A DNA stretch of 64,000 bases. Source: Eledone cirrhosa. Its lineage: Eukaryota. The notes beneath the pieces are model-generated. The model saw only the letters and a program-made list of their open reading frames with translations, was not told the DNA's origin and searched no databases. The stretch's first letter is position 1, and every line of letters starts with the position of its first letter. The position numbers and the translations under genes are program-made. Shown in pieces: positions 13,955-27,128 of the stretch. The stretch is taken from assembly GCA_964016885.1 (NCBI GenBank), contig OZ024754.1:23250001-23314000 (forward strand), read 5' to 3'.

Positions 13955-16595
13955 CTTGATCACCTTTACCGAGCAGTCTGTCGGGCGTCAATTTGGCTCT
14001 GCTGGTCACAGCACACCGTCCATTCCTCTCTGGATCGTGCTTTCCTCATCCATGTAATCCCAATCATATTCCTAAAATCGTAACTCCGCCTTCGTGGAGG
14101 CCTTCCGAGTGGTCGTTTCCGCTCGAGCGGGTACCACTTGGTAACTGCGCGGCTCTACCGATTATCAGTGAACCCAGCGGCGTGTCCAGCCCATCTGAAC
14201 TTGCTGCGCATATATTCCGCGATGACGTCCCTCACGCCGGACTTCTGTCTGATGACTTTGCTCCTGATGTGCTCTCTCAACGAGATTCCTAGCATTGATC
14301 TCTCCATGGCTCTTTGAGCCGTTACCAGCCTCTACTCTTCTCTCTTCGTTGTAGCCCAAGATTCACTGCCATATAACATTGAAGGTAAAACTGTGCTATT
14401 GAAGAAGTTGGCCTCTCAATGTCTCGGCGCATGTTCACTTCTTGTCCTAGGTAGACGTATTCCTCCACCTCCTCTATTTCATCACCGCCAACCACCATTC
14501 GACCTGTTGGTACGTTGGCGGACCGCATGAACTTCGTTTTCATGCGGATCATCTTGAGGCCTACTGCAGAGCTTTTGATGTCGAGCTCCGTCAGCATGGT
14601 CTGAAGCCGATCCGTGGTTTCAGCGATGAGTACGATGTCATCAGCCAAACGGAGGTGGGTAAGTATCTCGCCGTTGATGTTGACACCGCCTTGCCAGTCA
14701 ATGCCTCTGATAATCTGCTCAAGACACGCAGTGAAAAGCTTTAGAGAGATCGTATCTGCTTGCTTCACTCACTTCTCGACCGGCACTCATACAGGTGATG
14801 ACATCAGAGCTATGTCGGTGGTGCATCCGGAATTCGCCTCCTTGAGCAGTTGAACGTATTGCGTCTCGACTCCTTGCATCTGCAGCGAGTTCAGCACTGC
14901 GTTGATTTCGACGCTGTCGAAGACCTTCTCGTAGACTACGAACGCGACGCAAAGAGGCATCTTTCACTCGCTCAAACAGTTGTGTCAGAGTAAATATGTG
15001 GTCCACCGTACTGTAGTTCTTCCGGAAGCCGGCTTGCTCTCTCGGTTGCTGTTCGTACAGATGACGTGATAACCTGTTCAGGAATATCTTCGTGAACAGC
15101 TTGTACACGTGAGACAGCAGGCATATGGGTCGGTAGTTCTTCAGATCTTCTTCGCCCTTCTTGTATAGCAGGATAGTATTCGACTCTTTCCACTGCGAGA
15201 GTATTCTTCCCTCGTCCAGATAGTGTGTGAATCGCTCGGCGAGGATTTTCCAGAACTGCTCTCCGCCTAACTTCAACACCTCTGATGTTATTCCGTCTTT
15301 CCCTGGCGCCTTTCCGCTTTTCAAGTCGACGGCATTTTCGACCTCAATGACAAGGATGGGTGGCACATTTTATTCCTGTTGGAGTGATGGCAACGGCTGC
15401 ACATTCCAGGCAGATTTCAAGAGCTTGGTGTAGAAATCTTCGCAAACCTTTTCCACATCAATCTTGTCGCTGACTGGTACTCCAGATGTGTTCTTCAGGG
15501 TCGTCACCTCCGATCTGTACATTGCCATGTCCTTCTCGCATTTCTTGAGGCTCTTCTTTTCCTCTGCAGCCTTCAGGAGGCCTCGAAGTCTCTCTTCAGT
15601 TGTTGACGTATCACTCTGCTGAGAAGGGAATATTCAAGGTGATCTTCAGGTGTCCTCTTCATTTTCTTCCTCTTGTCAAGCAACTTCATAGTTTCCTCCG
15701 AGACTCTTCCCTTCCACTCCGTCGGGCACACACCCTTAGCCTTCCTCAAGCACTCTTTCAGTCTCCTTATCAGTGAGTCGTAGTCAGCGTCTATGCCGTT
15801 TTCTTGATGCCAATTTTCCTGCATGATGGCTTCCTGCAGCTGCGCCTCGTTGAATACCCGGACGCGTTCTCCCTTCGACGCCAAATGCAGCGCCTTCTTC
15901 TCCCTCGTCTGGTCGATGACGACCTTCGCCCTCACCAGACGATGATCACTGCCAGTGTTCAATGGCGTTATGACGGAGACGCCATGCAGTATGCGTCGCT
16001 TGTCGACCAGGATGTAGTCCCTTCCTTGCTTACGATGAACCCTATACCTCCGACCGATCTGGCATCCTCTGCTTTCCCCGAGTCTCACGGCGCATCCATC
16101 TTGCCATCTCGAACTCGCCTCCTTCTTCTGGCGGGTCTCGCACAGCCCTAACACGTCGCACCTGATCTTCTTCTTCTCCTCCATTAGGTGGTTCAGATCT
16201 TGTCCCCCTGCCAAAGACCTGCAGTTGTAGGTGCATATGGTAAGGTTAGTCCTGTTCCTTGACGGCCTTCGGGAACCTGTGATTCTTAGCAGTCTCTCGT
16301 CACTCGGATTGCACTCCGCCGATTGACGCGCAGGGTACTGAGGCCCTTTTCTTCGTGCTGTTTTAACCATAAGATGACGCCAACCCGCTGGCTGGGCGGG
16401 TAGGCCGGTACCTCTTCAGTTTAGCTAGCTTTTGAACTCTAGAAGATGATGAATGATCTCTAGGACTAATAGTCTGATACCTGTGGTGTAGTATGGTAAA
16501 ACCAGCCAGGATATTGAGTCCCACTACCATAGCTATTTGACAGCCAGGGTCACCGCTGCGCCACTTTTGAGGCACTGAAGTAGGATTTTGCAGAG

Positions 16596-16597
<2 letters not shown>
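13951..16597 (-). mobile_element. RTE-clade LINE, decayed with internal deletions (APE endonuclease + RT), flanked by (TA)n
   Basis: TYNCRSL..DVLGLCETR (EN); NYRPICLLSHVYKLF, EQAGFRKNYSTVDHI, LRLADDIVL, YVYLGQ (RT). Confidence 0.92.
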
Positions 16598-16648
<51 letters not shown>

Positions 16649-16734
16649 ATATATATATATATACAGGTATATATATATATATATATACAGGTATATATAT
16701 ATATATATATACAGGTATATATATATATATATAC

Positions 16735-16765
<31 letters not shown>

Positions 16766-16824
16766 GGTATATATATATATATATAGGTATATATATATAT
16801 ATATAGGTATATATATATATATAT

Positions 16825-16891
<67 letters not shown>

Positions 16892-16953
16892 TATATATAT
16901 AGGTATATATAGGTATATATATAGGTATATATAGGTATATATATATATATAGG

Positions 16954-17033
<80 letters not shown>

Positions 17034-17318
17034 TATATATATAATTAAGTTAAAAATGTACATCCACATATGTATACTGAAATACTAGTATGCATATGAA
17101 TACACACACGTATACATATGTAGATGTACCGAGTTTTTCACTGGTCACTTTACTGTGAGTGTCCAGCTATTCTGTATGTAAACACACAGACAAACCGGTT
17201 TGTATATCAGTATACATATGTGGATGTACATTTTTAACTTAATTGTTTAAGCGTCAGTCATACAAAAGTGAGTTACAAACGAAACGAAATTTAATTTCGT
17301 TTCGTTATTTGTTTTTAT

Positions 17319-17370
<52 letters not shown>

Positions 17371-17378
17371 TATATATG

Positions 17379-17434
<56 letters not shown>

Positions 17435-17459
17435 TATATATATATATATATATATATAT

Positions 17460-17496
<37 letters not shown>

Positions 17497-17693
17497 TATA
17501 TTTATATATATATATATATATAGGTATATTTATATATATATATAGGTATATATGTATATATATATATATATATGAATATATATATATATATGAATATATA
17601 TATATATATATATGAATATATATATATATATATGAATATATACATATATATATATATATGAATATATATATATATATATATGAATATATATAT
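16598..17693. repeat. (TA)n microsatellite tracts with GG/GA interruptions, enclosing a 280-bp insert at 17043-17320
   Basis: Directly visible. Confidence 0.95.
17043..17320. mobile_element. Short fold-back insert (38-bp inverted arms 17043-17080 / 17207-17244 plus a ~76-bp tail); same family as 22287-22610
   Basis: 17043-17200 is nearly identical to 22287-22444; inverted arm read directly; (TA)n on both sides. Confidence 0.7.
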
Positions 17694-18810
17694 ACTAGCT
17701 AGAAAAATGCGTACAGCAAAAAAAAGTAATATTGTTGGAACAAACCTTTAAAAATACAGGACAAGGAAGTAAGATAAACCTTTAAAAATACAGGACAAAG
17801 AACTAAGATAAAACTTTAAAAGAATAGGACAAGGAATATAAATTTTTACAATAATATTAGTGGCAAAATTCAATTGGTAAAAAATTGAGTTTCCATCATT
17901 ACACCAATTACAACTATGATGTTCCGCATGCATCCACTCCAACCATGATCACTTGTCTGTCATCTTTCCCGGTCCAACTCCTCGCGGATGACCCGGCGCA
18001 ACTCGGACTGGGTCGGAGCAGGAACTGGAGGGGGAGAGGGAGGGGTACGGGTCTTGACTCTGGGACGATGACGGCGAGTGACCAAGGTGAATGGGCCCGT
18101 GTTCGACTCGGAATCCTGCTGGTCCTCGATGACACTTTGAGGCACGGTTGACGGTTCCGGACTGGCTTCATGGGCAGTGGTAGAAGGGCAGGTGGATAGG
18201 GCAGAGTGCTTCTTCCTGGGAGAGCACTTGAAGCAGGTGAAGCCGGCGCCGGACTCGTTGAACCACTTCCAGACAGCACTGGGCATGTTGGCGCAGCAAT
18301 GATGAAAGTTGAAGCAGGCGACGAGGGGGGAGGAGGTGGAGGCGTTGGTGCAGGAGCAACAGACTGCTGATTTGGGAGTCATTGTAGCTGGGGGATGCAG
18401 GCGCTGAGGGGGCTCGAGTAGAAGGGAAGAACAGAAATGAACCATGATGACTTTTCCTACATTTTTCCTGGCCCACTTCCTCATGAACCAATGAACCAGT
18501 TGGTACAACTCGGACTTGGAGGAGGAACACAAGACAGGGATCAATTTCATTGTATTGATATTTCTCATTAAGTAATTTCATGTTACTCAAATAAATCACT
18601 TTTATTTGATCAATTATCTATTTTTCCAATAAAATTTTTGCCACTAATATTATTGTAAAAATTTATATTCCTTGTCCTATTCTTTTAAAGTTTTATCTTA
18701 GTTCTTTGTCCTGTATTTTTAAAGGTTTATCTTACTTCCTTGTCCTGTATTTTTAAAGGTTTGTTCCAACAATATTACTTTTTTTTGCTGTACGCATTTT
18801 TCTAGCTAGT
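17694..18810. repeat. 175-bp inverted repeat (17694-17868 / 18636-18810) enclosing a GC-rich coding fragment
   Basis: Arms are reverse complements; each contains a ~34-bp tandem (aaacctttaaaaatacaggacaagg...). Confidence 0.9.
17925..18382 (-). pseudogene. Probable CR1/L2-type LINE ORF1 fragment with a PHD-like finger
   Basis: MTPKSAVCCSC..CFNFHHCC..WKWF..FTCFKC, a Pro-rich linker, then EELDRER and, after a frame break, RQVIMVGVD, resembling the ERR..NVIIxG ORF1 motif. Confidence 0.55.
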
Positions 18811-19274
18811 TTCCTATTTTTCAAGGCAATGCAAACAACAACTACTTAATTAAATAGTTATTACTTTAGTTACTTCTATCAAAAAATCCCAAAAATGATG
18901 TTAATGAAAACTATAGGTGAAAGTGAAGCTATTCTTTTGTGACCTCTTAGTTACTTGTACCAATTTTGAATTTAATTCAAGCTACAGTGTCAGCCTGTGC
19001 ATTGGAGTCACAGAAATAAGTTGAGATATTTTATCTAATTGGTACAAGCATCCACTCCACATGGCGGGGACATAGGTCAGATCGTGGAGCACTCACCTAT
19101 CTTAAAAATATTAACTTATGATAAATAAGAGTCATTTAAGAAAATACAATTTTTTTAAATTAGTAGGTGAGCATTAACAACTGAATCTAAATGGAGCAAA
19201 TTTGCACCATTTGCATTTAGTTGAAAATAACATTTTAATTAAACATGACAAATTCTAATGCAATAGAAGGCAAA

Positions 19275-19620
19275 TATCAATTTTCACATGCAAATTTTTT
19301 TGGGATTTTTTTCACGCGCGCCATTTTTGGTCGATTTTTTGTCAATTTTTCACATGCAAATTTTTTTGGGTTTTTTTGATTTTTTTTCACGCGCGCCATT
19401 TTTGTCGATTTTTTGTCAATTTTTCACATGATAATTTTTTTTTGGATTTTTGGATTTTCTTCACGCACGCCATTTTTGTCGATTTTTTGTCAATTTTTCA
19501 CATGATAATTTTTTTTGGATTTTTGTATTTTCTTCACGCGCGCCATTTTTTGTCGATTTTTCATATGCAAATTTTTTGATTTTCTTCTCACACGCCATTT
19601 TTGTCGATTTCATCATTTGA
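19275..19620. repeat. T-rich minisatellite, ~60-70-bp unit (ttttcacgcgcgccatttttgtcgattttttgtcaatttttcacatg...)
   Basis: About 5 diverged tandem copies. Confidence 0.85.
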
Positions 19621-20186
19621 GTGTTCATAGTCCAAAAACAACTGTATTGCATTTTCGCGCCAGGCAAAAAAGTAATAAGCCGATCAAAAAGCCGCGAAAC
19701 GTATATGGTGACTTTTTTCGAAAGCCGCGAAACGTATGAAGTGACCTTTTGCGATTTTTTTTGCGACCATTTTGGCGAGACTTTTGCAGGGAAACAAATT
19801 TTTCATTTGTAATAGTCAAAATAAATAAGCCGATAAAAAAGCCGAGAGACGTCATTTTCATATGTCAAATGAGCACACTATTCGCACCTATCGCAAATGA
19901 GTTCACTACTCGCACCTATCGGTACAAAAAATAGCACAACTATTCACAACTATTAGTACAAATCCAAATGATTTTCTGAATTTCTAGTATATCAATCAGC
20001 GACTGCTTTGAAAGAGAACAATGCAGTGAGTGATTACTCATTTGAATATAAATAGAAGACAACCTCAACTAGTTTGCAACGTGTGACCACTTATCGCGAG
20101 ATAGGAGAACATAATAGCTCCTAATTAGCTCAATGATTAATGTTTACTGCCACATTGTATCAACATTTAAAATTCAAATTCAAAAA

Positions 20187-20754
20187 AATAACCGCAGTCA
20201 CTGGGGGGGGGGGGGGGGGGGTTCAAATAACCACCGCACCCCGAATAACCGCAGTCACTAGGGGGGGTTCGAATAAGACCCTCACCCCAAATAACAGCAG
20301 TCACTGGGGGAGGGTTCGAATAAGCGCCTCACCCCGAATAATCGCAGTCACTGTGGGGGGGGGGGTTCGAATAAGCGCCGCACCCCGAATAACCGCAGTC
20401 ACTGTGGGGGGGGGGGGGTTCGAATAAGCGCCTCACCCCGAATAATCGCAGTCACTGGGGGAGGGTTCGAATAAGCGCCGCACCCCGAATAACCGCAGTC
20501 ACTGGGGGGAGGGTTCGATTAAGCGCCGCACCCCGAATAATCGCAGTCACTGGGGGGAGGGTTCGAATAAGCGCCGCACCCCGAATAACCGCAGTCACTG
20601 GGGGGAGGGTTCGAATAAGCGCCGCACCCCGAATAATCGCAGTCACTGGGGGGAGGGTTCGAATAAGCGGGGGGGGGGGTTCGAATAAGCGTCTCACCCC
20701 GAATAATCGCAGTCACTGGGGGAGGGTTCGAATAAGCGCCGCACCCCGAATAAC
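20187..20754. repeat. GC-rich 48-bp minisatellite (gaataaccgcagtcactggggggagggttcgaataagcgccgcacccc)
   Basis: About 11-12 tandem copies with variable G runs. Confidence 0.92.
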
Positions 20755-20797
20755 CCCTTATCCTCCTCTGACCGGTCCCAAGAGATGCATCAAATGC

Positions 20798-22010
<1,213 letters not shown>

Positions 22011-22107
22011 ATATATATATATATATATGAATATATATATATATATATATGAATATATGTATATATATATATATATATATGAATATATATATATATATAT
22101 ATATATA

Positions 22108-22173
<66 letters not shown>

Positions 22174-22200
22174 TATATATATGTATATATATATATATAT

Positions 22201-22283
<83 letters not shown>

Positions 22284-22286
22284 GGT

Positions 22287-22610
22287 AATTAAGTTAAAAA
22301 TGTACATCTACATATGCATACTGAAATACTAGTATGCATATGAATACACACACGTATACATATGTAGATGTACCAAGTCTTTCACTGGTTACTTTACTGT
22401 GAGTATCCAGCTATTCTGTATGTAAACACACAGACAAACCGGTTTTTAGAGTCATACTGGTTTTTTAGGAAACACCTTTCCTCTATTCTCCAGAAAGCCA
22501 GACAAGGAATATTGAACTAGTTTCGTTGTTGTTACAACTCATCAGCAATATTTACCTATCTACCGGCCTTTCTGGAGAATCGTAAAAGCACATATCGTTA
22601 TATGCTTTTT
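22287..22610 (-). mobile_element. Short non-coding HHR-bearing element between (TA)n tracts
   Basis: Contains the HHR at 22508-22552; related copy at 17043-17200. Confidence 0.7.
22508..22552 (-). ncRNA. Canonical type I minimal hammerhead ribozyme
   Basis: Minus strand: AATATTG-CTGATGA-GTTG-taacaa-CAAC-GAAA-CTAG-TT-CAATATT. 7-bp stem I, 4-bp stem II, palindromic stem III. Confidence 0.88.
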
Positions 22611-22640
22611 ATATATATATATATATATATGAATATATAT

Positions 22641-22707
<67 letters not shown>

Positions 22708-22721
22708 TATATATATATAGG

Positions 22722-22753
<32 letters not shown>

Positions 22754-22963
22754 GGTATATATATATATAGGTATATATATATATAGGTATATATATATGT
22801 GTGTGTGTATATATATATATAGGTATATATATATATATGTGTGTGTATATATATATATATAGGTATATATATACCTATATATATATTTATATAGGTATAT
22901 ATATATATATATATACCTATATATATATATATTTATATAGGTATATATATACCTATATATATA

Positions 22964-23040
<77 letters not shown>

Positions 23041-23042
<2 letters not shown>

Positions 23043-23408
23043 GTTTGAATTTGTAAAGCTAAACAATGCAGGTATGGACATAGAATAAAAATGCAATGCA
23101 AAAGATATTGTTGACAATTAGTATTTTACCTTTGTTGAAACAAAATGGCGTAGGACAGAACAAAGGACAGGCACAAAAACAAAGAAAAGAATCCCCAGTC
23201 ACTGAAGAGGTCACAGAATGTGTGACGAAAGAACTTTGACAATATATAAACAACTATCTGGTTGTGGAACCAACGAACCAACAAGAAATTTATAAATTCC
23301 TAAATTTATAAATTCCTAAATTTATAAATTTATTATAATAAATTGAAGTGAACGCAACTGGTGCGTGTGTTTCTTATTGGCAACATGACCCTCCCAAAGT
23401 ATAACAAT
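23041..23408 (+). mobile_element. Solo pLTR of the 11-13.9 kb PLE family, with HHR at 23198-23240, between (TA)n tracts
   Basis: 23145-23290 matches 13727-13872. HHR identical to 13779-13821. Same ATAACAATAT end. Confidence 0.8.
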
Positions 23409-23426
23409 ATATATATATATATATAC

Positions 23427-23515
<89 letters not shown>

Positions 23516-23520
<5 letters not shown>

Positions 23521-24553
23521 AATTAATATATCTACCGACATATGTATACAGATGCATACCTATGCTAGCAGATATATAGGTTTTGTCTTAGTACCTTTGT
23601 GGTTCTATGCAGGGGGATGCAGAACAATTATATGAAAAACGTAAATAAGAAAGTTATGAAAATTGACTTACTTACTAAAATTTAACTCCAACTAATTACT
23701 TTTTGTCAGGGGATAAATATAGTTAAGTAATAACTATAGAGAAGCCTTACGTCATCAGGGACTCTATTCTCAGCTAAGTTTCCAGGCAATGCGGGGACAC
23801 TGGGAACTTATATAAAAATAATTCAGTGGATGGAAAAAAGCGAGCGGGGCTAGATTCCAAGCCATTGAAAAATTCACTGCCTTCTTGGTCAAGTGGCAAA
23901 TTCAAAAGAATCAATCACGTGACACTGAGGTTAACCAGCTTGGAGTGGGGGTGCTATTAAGACAGAGCCTAGCTACTACTATCAGTCACAGTAGTAATTT
24001 GGCAAATTTTGCTCAACAAATAATTTGGAGATAATTATAAAGAATTAATATATCTACCGACATATGTATACAGATGCATACCTATGCTAGCATATATATA
24101 TGTTTTGTCTTAGTAACTTTGTGGTTCTATGCAGGGGAATGCAGAACAATTATATGAAAGACGTAAATAAGAAAGTTATGAAAATTGACTTACTTACTAA
24201 AATTTAACTCCAACTAATTAGTTTCTGTAAGGGGATAAATATAGTTACGTAATAACTATAGAGAAGCCTTACGTCATCAGGGAGTCTATTCTCAGCTAAG
24301 TTTCCAGGCAATGCGGGGACACTGGGAACTTATATAAAAATAATTCAGTGGATGGAAAAAAGCGAGCGGGGCTAGATTCCAAGCCATTGAAAAATTCACT
24401 GCCTTCTTGGTCAAGTGGCAAATTCAAAAGAATCAATCACGTGACACTTCTCTATAGTTATTACGTAACTATATTTATCCCCTTACAGAAACTAATTAGT
24501 TGGAGTGAAATTTTAGTAAGTAAGTCAATTTTCATAACTTTCTTATTTACGTC

Positions 24554-24560
<7 letters not shown>
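23516..24560 (-). mobile_element. Retrozyme-like non-coding element: ~522-bp monomer x1.8 plus a ~110-bp inverted arm (24449-24560), in (TA)n
   Basis: 23516-23926 repeats at 24038-24448. 24449-24560 is the reverse complement of ~24151-24264. One HHR per monomer; the 23685-23763 copy is degenerate. Confidence 0.8.
24207..24285 (-). ncRNA. Type I hammerhead with extended stem II
   Basis: ACTCC-CTGATGA-C-GTAAGG..TATAGTTA/TAACTATA..CCTTAC-A-GAAA-CTAATTAG-TT-GGAGT. Covaries with 59205-59286. Confidence 0.8.
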
Positions 24561-24615
<55 letters not shown>

Positions 24616-24655
24616 GATATTAAATAAATGGAAACTATATTTATAAAACCATATT

Positions 24656-24721
24656 TATTTCATTATATATATTTCAGGGATATCATATTAACAATATGTT
24701 ATGCCTTCTTCAGACAAAATA
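24656..24721 (-). ncRNA. Type I hammerhead in the inverted pLTR copy
   Basis: Reverse complement of 28502-28567. Confidence 0.75.
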
Positions 24722-24959
24722 CAATATAGACAGTTTTATAGATAAATAGATTTGACATACCGTTCAACATCGACTTGTATTTGAAAAAGTTGATTTGGCA
24801 GTGAAAAATTGTAAACAGAAAGAAAGAAAGAAAGAAAGAAGGAAAGAAAGAAAGAAAACGAAGAAAAAGAAGAAAAAGAAGAAATGCATGCAACAAAATA
24901 GAGAGATGGAAAGATAGATAAAGAGAAGAACTTCATGTAAAGAAACAGAGAGAGATATA

Positions 24960-27128
24960 AAACAATTAATAGATATAAAACAATTAATAGATAAATCTGA
25001 CTCTTTTATAAGGAGAATCAGGTGGCGAGCATTCCACTTTGATAAATCTAATATAAATGAAAATGTCTCGGACTTAAACAAAGTTTTCAAATCTAAAAGA
25101 AATCCACCCCCTAACAAACTTTTATCTGACTTTGAAAACGATATAATTTCTATCATACAAGGGGTCAAATTCAAGAGAAACTTCAAAGGCCAGGAATATC
25201 TGAAAGGCATTAAGGATAATATTGAGAGCTTAGAGAAAACTGAGAAGATCTTGGTGAAATCTGATAAGACCAACAACCTCTATGGAGTGCAGAAGGACAT
25301 GTATAATGGCCTCATACTGAAGGAACTGAGGAAAAAGTACAAGGTAGCAGATAAGGCCGAGCTTGAGAAAATGAATGTTGAAGCATCTTGTATAATGCAC
25401 GAGTTGGAAATTGAGAACAGAACACAACCTTTCGTGCCCAGGAAACCGAAGATCAATATGAAAGATCACAAAAGGAATTTTGAAAATGACTTGCCAGTTA
25501 GATTGATCGCACCATCAAAATCGGACCTGGGCAAATTAAGCAAAAACATTCTTGACAGGGTGATACAGCAAATTAAAAACTTGGATTGTTTACCTAACCT
25601 GAGCTTGTGGAAGGGAACTGGAGAGGTTGTTGAGTGGTTTAAGCAAATTAAATATAACAATAATAATAAGTTTATTCAACTTGATATTGCTAACTATTAT
25701 TCTTCTATTACCCCTAATCTACTAAATAAGGCACTAAATTACGCATTCAAACATACAGACCTAACTAGCAATGAAATGCACATTATATTATCGGCTAGGA
25801 AAACATTGATAGAATTTAATGACCAACTATGGACCAGAGCAGATAGAGATAGCAATTTTGACATTACTATGGGATCATCCGACTCAGCTCAGGTAACTGA
25901 CCTTGTGGGCTTATTTTTAATCAATTCGCTACATAGGAAAATACCTGGTACTACCGGAGGTTTATATAGAGATGAGATGCTTTTACTTATTGATAATAAT
26001 AACTCTGAACTAAATAGAAAAAGAAAACAAATTACACAATTTTTTAATTACTTTAATCTAAAAATAGAAATTGAGAACAACCATAGAATAGTCAATTTCC
26101 TAGATATAACATTAAATCTCAACACATGTCTTCACTATCCATTTCACAAGTTGAATGAAAACTTAAACTATGTCAGCTTTAACTCTAACCACCCCAGATC
26201 TGTCAAAAACACTATAGTAAACTCTGTTCAAAAACGTATCTCTAGAATCTCGTCTAATAGAAAGATTTTCGACGAAAAAGCCCAGTACTACAATGAAGCG
26301 TTAGCTAGAGCAGGATATAGTGATAAGATTATGTACATAGATAATGATAGACAAACTAAACAAAATAACAACTATTTTAATTACGGCCACAACCTTAACA
26401 ACTATAATAGAAAGCATTACAATAATTCCAAAAGCCAAAAAAGAAATAGAACTAGGAACATAATATGGTTTGCCCCCCCCCCTTTCTCACTAAACATTAA
26501 AACCCACATCGCTAAACTATTTTTTAAAGCTCTTGATAATCGCTTCCCTAGAACACATAGGTATCACTCAATTTTCAATAGACATACTATAAAATTAACC
26601 TACTCATCCACCAAAAATTTAGCACAAAATATTAATAGAATAAATAATAGGAACTTAAAACCTAGCGATAATAGCATAAATAATATACAAGTTAACAAAT
26701 GTAACTGTAGAGATAGATCTAAATGTCCGTTAAATAACAACTGCTTAGTTAAAAATATAATATACAACTGTAATGTTAAAACGGACTCTAATTCTTTTAA
26801 CTACGTCGGTTCCACATCGACGGAATTTAAACTTCGCTATAATAACCACAAGAATTCTTTCACAGATCCAAGCAAAAAATCTTCAACAGCACTATCAGGC
26901 GTACTCTGGCAACTTAGGCAAGATAACGTTAGATATTCGACGGCTTGGAATATAGTCTCAAGAGGGATTCCTTTTAATTCATCCTCTGAGACATGTGACC
27001 TCTGCGCGGAGGAGATATTCTTTATACTAAAATCTAAAAATTCCCTTAATCTACGGACAAATTTATTCAGTTGCTGCAAACATAGATTGAACTCAACTTT
27101 TAAATATAAATTTAAATTTAAAATGTAG
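24960..27128 (+). CDS. PLE reverse transcriptase + GIY-YIG endonuclease; frame open upstream of the listed 25251 start, N-terminus truncated
   Basis: FIRRIRWRAF, KSDKT, MKDHK..VRLIAPSKS, QLDIANYYSSI, DITMGS, GLYRDE, VNFLDITL, CNCRDRSKCPLNNNCL, IIY..NYVGST..FKLRYNNH, CDLC. Confidence 0.88.
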   Translation, partial: KQLIDIKQLIDKSDSFIRRIRWRAFHFDKSNINENVSDLNKVFKSKRNPPPNKLLSDFENDIISIIQGVKFKRNFKGQEYLKGIKDNIESLEKTEKILVKSDKTNNLYGVQKDMYNGLILKELRKKYKVADKAELEKMNVEASCIMHELEIENRTQPFVPRKPKINMKDHKRNFENDLPVRLIAPSKSDLGKLSKNILDRVIQQIKNLDCLPNLSLWKGTGEVVEWFKQIKYNNNNKFIQLDIANYYSSITPNLLNKALNYAFKHTDLTSNEMHIILSARKTLIEFNDQLWTRADRDSNFDITMGSSDSAQVTDLVGLFLINSLHRKIPGTTGGLYRDEMLLLIDNNNSELNRKRKQITQFFNYFNLKIEIENNHRIVNFLDITLNLNTCLHYPFHKLNENLNYVSFNSNHPRSVKNTIVNSVQKRISRISSNRKIFDEKAQYYNEALARAGYSDKIMYIDNDRQTKQNNNYFNYGHNLNNYNRKHYNNSKSQKRNRTRNIIWFAPPPFSLNIKTHIAKLFFKALDNRFPRTHRYHSIFNRHTIKLTYSSTKNLAQNINRINNRNLKPSDNSINNIQVNKCNCRDRSKCPLNNNCLVKNIIYNCNVKTDSNSFNYVGSTSTEFKLRYNNHKNSFTDPSKKSSTALSGVLWQLRQDNVRYSTAWNIVSRGIPFNSSSETCDLCAEEIFFILKSKNSLNLRTNLFSCCKHRLNSTFKYKFKFKM

